Virus record (IMG/VR): IMGVR_UViG_3300037458_001029
Coordinates: 1 to 43,817 of that record
Source: a virus
Lineage: Duplodnaviria > Caudoviricetes
DNA: 43,817 nucleotides
Reading direction: 5' to 3' (one strand)
The notes under the pieces are model-generated. The model saw nothing but the letters and a program-made list of their open reading frames with translations, was not told where the DNA came from and did no database searches. Positions within the stretch are counted from its first letter, which is position 1; each line of letters opens with the position of its first letter. Below are positions 8,647-17,900 of this stretch, piece after piece. A program made the position numbers and the translations under genes.

Positions 8647-9165
8647 ATGAGCGCGTGTGAGCTGTTCACCTGTCCTAACCATACAGGTAACCTACGTCTC
8701 ACCCCGCAGGCCTGCGCCCAAAACTGGAAGCGGGCGCGTAAGGCCGAGCCCTGGGACATCCTGCGGGTGTGTCGGGGCTGCGAAATCGGTGCCTGCCATG
8801 CCGGAGAGGCTCCGGCCCCGCAAGCCCCGTCCTCGCGGGAGTGCCTGCGTTGTGGCTGTACTGATAAACGGCTGGTACGTGGCCAGATCTGCATCTCTTG
8901 TTACAACCGGGAGCGTGAACTGCTCACCGGGCGCTATCGGCGTACCGTGCCGCCCCAGGGCCTGCGTATCCATCAGATGCAGGTGCTATTGGTGGGGCGC
9001 TTGGAGCCGCTACCTGTCCAAGTGGCCAGCATCACCGAGGCTCTGCTGGTGGCGGCGCGACGCCAGCCCGGGATCGCTATTCTCGCCGCTACTACCCATT
9101 GCCTACCTTGGATTGCTGCATGCCGCACGCGACCGTCCCAGTTGAGCTTTTTACCTGGCGTTTGA
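8647..9165 (+). CDS. Cys-rich zinc-finger protein
   Basis: CRGC, CLRC and CISC motifs; GAGG RBS. Confidence 0.6.
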   Translation: MSACELFTCPNHTGNLRLTPQACAQNWKRARKAEPWDILRVCRGCEIGACHAGEAPAPQAPSSRECLRCGCTDKRLVRGQICISCYNRERELLTGRYRRTVPPQGLRIHQMQVLLVGRLEPLPVQVASITEALLVAARRQPGIAILAATTHCLPWIAACRTRPSQLSFLPGV

Positions 9166-9485
9166 CCGATCATGTGTGCCGGGTCTGTTTTGGCCGGGTG
9201 CTGGAGCGTAAGCACGCGACCCCGGACGGACCCATTACCGTGGTGCGTTGTGCTAACTGTGGAACTGAACTGATTAAGGCCCGGGTGCAGGATCTTTGCT
9301 GCTGCGGGCTGAAAACCAGCACTGGAAAAGATGCGGGTTTCCGCTGCCGGCGGAACGAGCAGCCGACCCCGGAGCAGCCGGCGGAACTGGCGGTGGCCTT
9401 TGGCGAGCCGCAGACGGTCCAACTCAAGGCGCGTCAACTTCGATTGCGCGCTCCTGACAAGCGACCCGGGCTGGATCTGGGGTAG
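9099..9485 (+). CDS. Cys-rich zinc-finger protein
   Basis: CRVC, CANC and CCCG motifs; start uncertain. Confidence 0.55.
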   Translation: MPTLDCCMPHATVPVELFTWRLTDHVCRVCFGRVLERKHATPDGPITVVRCANCGTELIKARVQDLCCCGLKTSTGKDAGFRCRRNEQPTPEQPAELAVAFGEPQTVQLKARQLRLRAPDKRPGLDLG

Positions 9486-9511
9486 TGGACCGGTCCACTG
9501 GGGTAGTGGAC
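9477..9511. repeat. 14-bp direct repeat enclosing a 16-bp palindrome
   Basis: CTGGGGTAGTGGAC at 9477 and 9498; AGTGGACCGGTCCACT at 9484-9499. Confidence 0.8.
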
Positions 9512-9556
9512 TGGCTTGACGTGTAAAGAAAAAACCTCGTGGCGATGGCGGTGTCA

Positions 9557-9572
9557 GTCGTGACAATACCCT
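9557..9572 (+). promoter_or_regulatory. Candidate late promoter, copy 1
   Basis: GTCGTGAC-AA-TACCCT upstream of the methylase. Confidence 0.6.
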
Positions 9573-9605
9573 AGCGGCATCCCCTTCCGCGATAGACGCT
9601 GCCGC

Positions 9606-11900
9606 ATGCTCTCGACCGAACAACAACTCGAACACTGGCCGCTGGAGCGGCTGATTGATTACATACGTAATCCCAGAAAGAACGAGCACGCGGTGGACCG
9701 GGTGGCAGCGGCGATCCACGAATTCGGGTTCCGGGTGCCGGTGGTCGCCAAGTCCGACGGTACGGTGGTCGATGGCCACCTGCGTTTGAAGGCGGCGCGC
9801 AAGCTCAAGCTGGCCACCGTCCCGGTGCTGCTGGCGGACGACCTGTCCGAGGCGCAGATCAAGGCGTTTCGCCTGAGCGTCAACCGCATGGCGGAACTGG
9901 CCGAGTGGGACGAGGAACTCCTGGCCCTGGAACTGCAGGAATTGCAGGACCTGGACTATGACCTGGACCTGACCGGCTTTGACGAGGACGAACTGAACCG
10001 TCTGCTGGGGCTCACGGAGGAGGAGCCCGTCGAGGGCCTGACCGACCCGGACGAGGCTCCCGAGGTTCAGGCCGAGGCGATCACCCAGCCGGGCGATGTC
10101 TGGCTGTTGGGTAGTAAGCATCGCCTGCTCTGTGGCGACAGCACGCGCCTGGACGACGTCGAGCGCCTGGTCGGTCCCGGCATTCAGGTCGACATGCTGC
10201 TGACCGATCCGCCCTACAACGTGGCCTACGAGAGCTTGACCAAGGACAAGCTGACCATCAAGAACGATTCGATGGGCGACGAGGCGTTTCGGCAGTTCCT
10301 GCGCGATGCCTTTGTGGCGGCGGACGCGGTGATGAAGCCTGGCGCCGTGTTCTACATCTGGCACTCCGATGCCGAGGGCTACAACTTTCGCGGCGCCTGC
10401 CGGGATACCGGTTGGAAATTTCGCCAGGCGCTGATTTGGAAAAAGTCCTCGCTGGTGCTGGGACGCCAGGATTACCACTACCAGCACGAACCCTGCATTT
10501 ACGGCTGGAAAGACGGCTCGGGCCATTTGTGGGCCAGCGACCGCAAGCAGACCACCGTCCTAGAATTCGACAAGCCCTTGCGCAACGGCGAACACCCGTG
10601 TTTGCATCCTAACGCATTGGTTGTAACGGCTCGTGGGTTTTGTGAGATTGGTGATGTCGCTGTTGGCGATAAGGTGCTTGCGAGCGACGGAAAGATGAGG
10701 GGTGTCACGTGGACATCGCGGCATCCACACATGTCAGATTGTCTTTACGAGATTTCTGTGCGTGGCACAAATATCTCGACGCTGGCGACAGATAATCATC
10801 CATTTTTAATCTGCCGAATTAAGCGAAACAAGTCAAAAAACTATCTTTCGCACGAAGTCATGTGGTTGCCGGCTGATCAACTGCGGGTCGGCGATTACAC
10901 AATGACGCCAGTTGTTCGCCAAGATGAACCGCTTGTCGATGGTTTGGCAAGGATTCCGGACTTTTGGTTTGTGGTTGGGTTGTATTGCGCAGAGGGAAGC
11001 ACGCAAAAAGCTGGGCATGGCAATAATGTATATCCCCGCTTTTCTTTGCACAAAAAAGAGCAAGACTTAATTGATCGCGTTTTATCGGTTGCTTCGCCTG
11101 GGGTTTCTTATGGCGTCTACCCTAATCATGGCGATGGGATTAACTTGGTTGTGTTTGATCCAGTGCTTGGGAGACTATTGCTTGATATTTGCGGCAGCGG
11201 GGCATCAAGCAAGGTGCTTGATGAGCAGGTATTTAGCTTGGATAGTTCCTGGCGTCTTGCGTTGCTGCACGGGTATTTGGCTGGTGACGGAGGCAAAGTG
11301 CGAGATCATTGGCAGGCTAAAACCGTGTCAGCGCGTCTTGCTTCACAAATTTGCGTTTTAGCTGAAAGCGTTGGCTACAGGGCCAATCTCCATGTGCATT
11401 CTGCTGGCGGACAAATAAAAGATCGAAAGTTTAAATCGACGCGTTCGTGCTACACCATTCGCTTATGGGATCGGGGTTGTAGCAAATCTCACACGTCGAC
11501 GGTTGAATGGAACGGCGTTTTATTTACCACTCGGTATATCAATCGCATCAATAAAGTGCCTTATTCTGGCGATGTGGTTAATTTATCCGTTGAAGGTGCA
11601 GAGTCATTTCAAACGGCCATTGGGATGTCTCATAACACCATGAAGCCGGTGGCTTTGTTTGAATATCAAATGCTTAACAACACCAAGGGTGGCGACTTGG
11701 TGCTCGACACCTTCGGCGGCTCGGGCACCACGGTGATTGCCGCCGAGCGCCACGGGCGCCAGGCGCGCGTGCTGGAGCTTGATCCGCGTTACTGCGACGT
11801 GATCGTGCGGCGTTTTCAGAACCACACCGGCCAGCGGGCGGTGCTGGAGGCCACCGGGGAGATGTTCCCCGAGGCCCCGCAACCCTCCAGTCAGTCCTAA
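9606..11900 (+). CDS. ParB-domain N6/N4 DNA methyltransferase (beta class), intein-containing
   Basis: ParB motifs NPRKN..FGFRVP..VDGHLRL; TDPPY motif IV; HP|TMKP; LDTFGGSGT motif I. Confidence 0.9.
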   Translation: MLSTEQQLEHWPLERLIDYIRNPRKNEHAVDRVAAAIHEFGFRVPVVAKSDGTVVDGHLRLKAARKLKLATVPVLLADDLSEAQIKAFRLSVNRMAELAEWDEELLALELQELQDLDYDLDLTGFDEDELNRLLGLTEEEPVEGLTDPDEAPEVQAEAITQPGDVWLLGSKHRLLCGDSTRLDDVERLVGPGIQVDMLLTDPPYNVAYESLTKDKLTIKNDSMGDEAFRQFLRDAFVAADAVMKPGAVFYIWHSDAEGYNFRGACRDTGWKFRQALIWKKSSLVLGRQDYHYQHEPCIYGWKDGSGHLWASDRKQTTVLEFDKPLRNGEHPCLHPNALVVTARGFCEIGDVAVGDKVLASDGKMRGVTWTSRHPHMSDCLYEISVRGTNISTLATDNHPFLICRIKRNKSKNYLSHEVMWLPADQLRVGDYTMTPVVRQDEPLVDGLARIPDFWFVVGLYCAEGSTQKAGHGNNVYPRFSLHKKEQDLIDRVLSVASPGVSYGVYPNHGDGINLVVFDPVLGRLLLDICGSGASSKVLDEQVFSLDSSWRLALLHGYLAGDGGKVRDHWQAKTVSARLASQICVLAESVGYRANLHVHSAGGQIKDRKFKSTRSCYTIRLWDRGCSKSHTSTVEWNGVLFTTRYINRINKVPYSGDVVNLSVEGAESFQTAIGMSHNTMKPVALFEYQMLNNTKGGDLVLDTFGGSGTTVIAAERHGRQARVLELDPRYCDVIVRRFQNHTGQRAVLEATGEMFPEAPQPSSQS
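10599..11636 (+). mobile_element. Intein (346 aa) with in-frame LAGLIDADG homing endonuclease
   Basis: Starts CLHPNALV; block B ATDNHPF; GLYCAEGS and HGYLAGDG motifs; ends VVNLSV..GMSHN with Thr at +1; visibly more AT-rich than the exteins. Confidence 0.92.
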
Positions 11901-11927
11901 CCAATCCCAGTCCATCGGTAGACCACC

Positions 11928-14900
11928 ATGCTCGTATATTTCGTGAAAGCCGCCCAGAAGATCGCCAACCAGCCCGGCATGGTGCTGTACGGCAATCCTC
12001 CACGTTGGCACCAGTTCAACCCGGCGGTGCATACCGATCAGGACCAGTTGCACTATCACGCCAAGAAGGCCACCGAGATCAAGGCGGCGAAAGAGCTGGC
12101 CTCCGAGCACGCGGGGGCGGATCAGCAGCCTGAGGACCACGTCGCTGCGCTGCAGGCCAAGGCCAAGGCGATCCAGGACAAGGCCAGTGCCTCGGCGGCG
12201 GTGACGGGGTGGAAGCAGGCCCTGATGGCAGGCAAGGCACCCACCATTAGCCAGGCCAAGGCGTATCACGCCCTAGCGCAAAGCCAGCCGGACAAGGCCG
12301 CCAAGCTGCTGGAGGGCGTCCTGGACGTGATTGGCAAGGACAAGTACGAAGAGTTGATGGGGGAGATGGCCACGAAGCTGGTGGAGGCGTCCAAGGCCAA
12401 GCCAAAAGCCGAGGCCAAGCCGGAAACCAAGCCCGAGGCACAGCCCGAGGCCAAGCCCGAGGCCAAGTCTAAACCGCAGCCCGAGGCCAAGCCGGATAAG
12501 CCAGCAGCGTCTGTGCAGCAGGCGATTGGGCAAGCATATGCCGTGGGTACGGGCACCAATATCCCGAAGGATGGCATGGGGCTGGTGCAGTGCCACTTCG
12601 CCACTCAGGCTGTCGCCAAGGCTATCGACGACAAAAAGATCGCCCTGCCGCCCGGTACGCCGGTCAAGGTGTTGGAGTACGACGAAGACCAGCAGCAAGC
12701 CTTTAATGCGGCGTTTGCCAAAACCCCGAAACCGGAAGGATTGACCAGTGAGGCCGCCAAAAACCTGCTGGTCGACCTGGCGGACAAATCGGTCAACGGG
12801 CACTCCTTGCTGAAAATTGGGGATCAGTTCGTCGATCCGCACCTGAAGTCTGGCGGGGCCTCGCAGGCGGAAATCAACAAGGTCGGGGCCTTTTTCGAGA
12901 AGGTCTACGCCGAAGCTGCCAAGGTCAAGGCCGCGCCCCAGGCGGACGCCAAACCCAAGCCGCAGCACGCCGCTACGAAAGGTAAGACCTACGATCAGGT
13001 CAAGGCTGAATTTCAAGCCTTTCAAGATGCCTTGGACGAAGACGAAAATTATTCAACGCTGGACGACCTGCCGGATGAACTGGCAAACGATCCAGAAAAG
13101 GCTGCCATGGCCGCCTTGGCTGCATTTTCAAGCGGCGCTTTTACGGAAATAAACGAAGACCCCGATCACTTTGCATCGAAGGCGCTGCTGGGGTTGATCA
13201 ACAGCATGCAGCCGGACAAGAGCCAGGCCCCATTGCATCGGGTGGTGGCGTTTGAATCCAAGAAGGAGCAAGCGCAGTTTGTCGCAAGCCTGGCCAGTGA
13301 CAAAACCAAGCCTGGCGTGCAGACGCGGACCTTGTCTTCGTGGACGCACACTGACCCGTCGGCCCCAGGGCAGACGGGGATGAACAACATCGCTCTCGAC
13401 TTGGCGGGGCAGTTTGGTTCGTACCAGGTCTTTATGACCTTGGTCGATCAGAAGTCAGCCCGTGATATCAGCTTCATTTACGGGGAACACATGAAGCCGG
13501 GGACCGAGCAGGCGCTGCCCAAGGGGACGCGCTACGAGGTTGTCTCGTCGGAAACCAAGGGCAAGGATGTGCATGTGAAGCTGCGTGAGGTCCAGGACGG
13601 CGACACCAAAACCATCAACGGTGTCACTTATATCCTGAAGGACGGGCGCTGGCATCGTGCGACACCGGAGGAAGGTGATGCCAAGTCAGCCGCCCAATCG
13701 CAGCCGACAGACAAACCAGCAAGCCCCGCCTTGCAGCAGTTGCTCGACAACCCGCCCAAGGTCAAGAAGGTGGTCCTGCACGCTGTCGCTGATCTGACCA
13801 AGGCGGCCAAGGAGGGTAATCAAGATGCCTTCGACAAGCGCATCGCCAAGGCCAAAGCGTCAGTGTTTGTCATCAACGGCGCGAGTGCCACCAAGCTGTT
13901 CCAGTGGGCCGACAAGGTCCGTGCAGCGGCCTGGCCGGACGCCGCAGAGACAAAGCCGGGCAATGCCGAGAGCACGAAGGACGCAGCCCTGCAAGCCGCC
14001 ATCGACCACCTAGAGGAAGACAAGGGCCAGGCCGACATTCCTCCTGCCGAGCAGAAAGAGGACGCGGCCCTGGTGGCCAAGCTTAAGGAGGCGGTGACGG
14101 CGCCTGCCGACCAGCAAGCGCCGCCCAAGCCCAAGGTGGTGGTCACCAAGCCCAAGGCAGCCCAGGAACCCCTGGCCGCTCCCAAGCCCGCGCAGGCCCA
14201 AGATACCAAGCGGGTAACGACATCGAAAAGCGTCCTGGCTGCGAAGCTGGACGCCATGAAGCTGCCGATCACCAACACCAATGCCAAGGCGGTCAACGGC
14301 AAAATCGCCAAGCTGGAGGCCCTGGTGCAGGCCGGTGACGTGGCTGGTCTTAAGGCCGAGAAGTTTGGCAGCAACAACTACCAGAAGAAGCTGGCCAAGT
14401 TTGCGGCGGAGGCGAGCGCCCTGCTGGAAAAAGCCCACCAGGCCAAGGCGGGCGCCACCCAAGCGGATGACGATAACGACTGGCTGACCCAGTTGTTTGG
14501 ACCGCAGGCGACCACCGCTGAAACGACGGTGACCGTGAATGGCCAGGCGCTGAAAAAGACCCCTTCCGGGTGGGACGGGCCGAACAACCAAAGCTATGGC
14601 TTAGGCAGTCCGGTAGCCATGGTGGCTAGTTTGCTGGCCACCGGCACCGTCGACACCCTCATGGCCACCGCATCTGCCAAAGAGCAGGCTGTGGACCTGG
14701 CGATCAAGCATGGCGTGGACCCGCTCAAGGCTCTCAACAAGATTGCGGCGGACAAGGATGGTCTGAGCAACCCATACGACGGCGACACCAAAACAATCAA
14801 TGGCGTGACCTATCAGTTGGAAGGTGGGCGCTGGCACCGGGTGTCGCCGAAAGACGACGATGGCGTGACCCAGGCGATGAAGGATGCGGTAATGAACAGC

Positions 14901-17900
14901 CTGTTTGACACCCATAAGTCGGTGCAAGAGCTGCAGATGGACTGGGTTTTTGCACTGGCTAACGGTTCCAAGCCGACGAAGCACGAATCCGGGGCTTACG
15001 AATTTGCGAGCGCCATCCAGCAGAACGAATTGGTGGCTGCGGCGGTCAGCCAGTACCTGGATAAAGTAACGGCTTACGGCATGGTCAAGCTAAATAAAGA
15101 GGCTCACGCTGCCGGCGCCCCCCACGTGTGGGCCTACGTGGCCGACCAGTTGCTGGCCAAGCATAACGAGACGCTGAAGGATTATGCGCAGGCCAATGCC
15201 GCACCGGCTACGGCTCCGGAAAAAGCCAAGACCGTTACCTTGTATGGTGAGGTTTTCACTCACCAAAATGGTGCCTGGTACGACGAGAATGGCGAAGGCA
15301 TCTCGGAATTCAGCCCTGTTTTCTTGGCTCTGGAAGCTCTCTCTGGCCAAGGTCCAGACCCAGCCTGGTTGAAGCACTTTCCAGAAACGACCGTTTCTGT
15401 TGTGGCTCATGATCTATACAAGGAAGGAGCTGACCCGGTACAGGTGATGAATGCCCTGTTTCCCAAAGGGCAGGCCAATTTGGTCAGCGGCGACTCCTAC
15501 AGCGAAGGTGCTCTCTATACCCTCGGCCTGGTCGACATGGTGCTCAAAAACGGCAAGTGGGAGGTCAAGCAGGACGACGCGCCGACCATCGCCGCCAATC
15601 AGCCGGGGCCACAAGCCGATCCGGTGACTGCCGGCCAGGTGGACGACCCGGATTTTCCGGGCTGGTACGCCGCCATGCTCGCGGGCAAGACGCCGACCAA
15701 GCCGCAGATCGCGGCCTTTGCCCAGGCGCTGAAGGACAACACCTCGGCAGCCCTGTGGGCGCAACAGAACCTGGAAAACATCCTGGGCAAGGCCGCCTAC
15801 GACCTGCAAATCAAGCCGCATTTTGTCGACCTGTACAGCAAGGCGGAAAAGGCCGACGTGCTCCAGGACTGGGTGTCTTCCATCGCCCATGGCAAGGCGC
15901 CCACCATCAAGCAGGCGCTGTTTTACGATTCCTTGAGTCAAGACGAGCAGGAATCACTGGCTTATCAGGCGCTGCAGGATTGGGTGGCAGACCCTGACGA
16001 CGACGATGCGGTGGATCGGGCCATGGATCACCTGATGCACTTGCAGTCGCTGGGGCTGAACGGTAGCGCGGTCAAAACCGGGAGTGGTGAAGCGGCTGCG
16101 ACGGGTGCTGCGCCGAAGCAGCCTAAAAGCCAGGTGACGCTGGACAACCAGACCTTCGCCAAAGCTCCCGATGGAAGCTGGAAAGATCCTGCTGGCCAAT
16201 ACATACAGACGTATGCGACCAAGCATCTGGCACTAGAGGTGTTGGCGGGTGTTAAGATGCCCGTGCAAGAGATTAAAGCGTGGAGCTTGCCGTCCAAGAT
16301 GACCGCTTTGGAGTGGGTCACGGATGACGGCAATAACATGGACGGCGCCGAGGCGCTTAACGCCTTGTTCCCGCCCAATTCATTTCACCACAATCAAAAC
16401 TGGCCCCAAGAAGGCGACACCAAGACCATCAACGGGATCACCTACATCCTGCAAAATGGCCGCTGGCACCGTGTAACCCCCACCGACGCCGGCAATCCCG
16501 ACCTGACCGGCGCGGACCCCAACGAGGTCTCCGCCGCCGGCTACACCGCTGCCCTCTTAGCACAGCAAGTTCCGACCCCAGCGCAGCACAAGGCTTGGCT
16601 GAAGGTAATTGAGGACGCTGTTGACGCTGGCCAAAACATCACGCAGATGGTGAAGGAACACCACGACCTGGTGAACGGAGCCATCGGCGAGCAAAAGCAC
16701 CTGCAGTTGCTCGCGGCCCTGCACCAGAACCCAAACTTGGCGTCACCCCCGCCCCAGGCGGCTCCGGCGGATACCTCCTGGCACAGCAAGGTCCACGATT
16801 ACCTTGACCACCTGGTTCTGGCCAAGATCGCGCCGACCAACACCAACTTCAAAACCGTCAAGGCCAAGGTCGAGAAGTACAAAAAGCTGCTGGACGCCGG
16901 CAAGTACGCCGAGATTCTGGACACCAACTGGGGCTCGAACAACTACGCCAAGAAGATCGCCAACGCACACGGCATCATCAAGCAGCACGCCAACATGCCA
17001 GCCGCCACTTCGGCGGCACCCGGCCCCACCGTTACCCCGACCGTGGTGCTGACCCAGCCGATTGCTGCTACCCCGGACGAGTCGGAAAGCTGGGCCTTCG
17101 ACAACAGCCAGCAGATGGGCTCCAACCACGGCGGGCTGTACACCGACAAGAACGGCCAGAAGTGGTACGTCAAGATTCCCAAGAGCGAGGCGCACGCCCG
17201 CAACGAACTGCTGGCGGCCAAGCTCTATGAGGCCGCCGGGGTGGCGGTGCCGAACCTGAAGCTGGTCAAGAGCGGCGGCAAGGTGGCCATCGCCTCGCAG
17301 TGGCAGGACGGCATGACCAAGGTGGGGTCGGGCATCAAGACCGCGACCGGCGCCCTGGAGGGCTTCGCCGTCGACGCCTGGCTGGCCAACTACGACTCGG
17401 TGGGCACCGGCTACGACAACCTGCTGAAGGACGCCAACGGCAACGCCGTGCGCATCGACGTGGGCGGCAGCCTGCTGTTCCGCGCCCAGGGCGCGCCCAA
17501 GACCGACTTCGGCGACCAGGTCAACGAGCTGCAAGGCATGCTGGACCCCAACAAGAACAGCTACTCGGCGGCGGTCTTTGGCGGCATCACCGATGCCCAA
17601 CTCAAGGCTGGTGCAGCCAAGGTGGCGGCCATCACCCCCGAGCAGATCAAGCAGTTGGTGCAGCAGTACGGCCCCGGCACAGCCGCCGAGAAGGCGTCCC
17701 TGGCGGATCGGCTGATCAAGCGCCGGGAGGACTTGCTGAAGAAGCATCCGGTGGCGGCAGCACCGAAGACGGCAACGGCTCCAGCAGCGCCCGTGTTCCG
17801 CGTCCCCACCCCGCCCGATTTCAAGAATTGGAACGGCCCTGGGCAAGGGCTGTCGAGTAAGGCGGCCTACAACGAGCAAAACCAGCAGTTGGCTGAGGCG

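Noticed and set aside
8973-10526. 517-aa minus-strand ORF
   Set aside because: Antisense shadow of the methylase caused by high GC3; no motifs.
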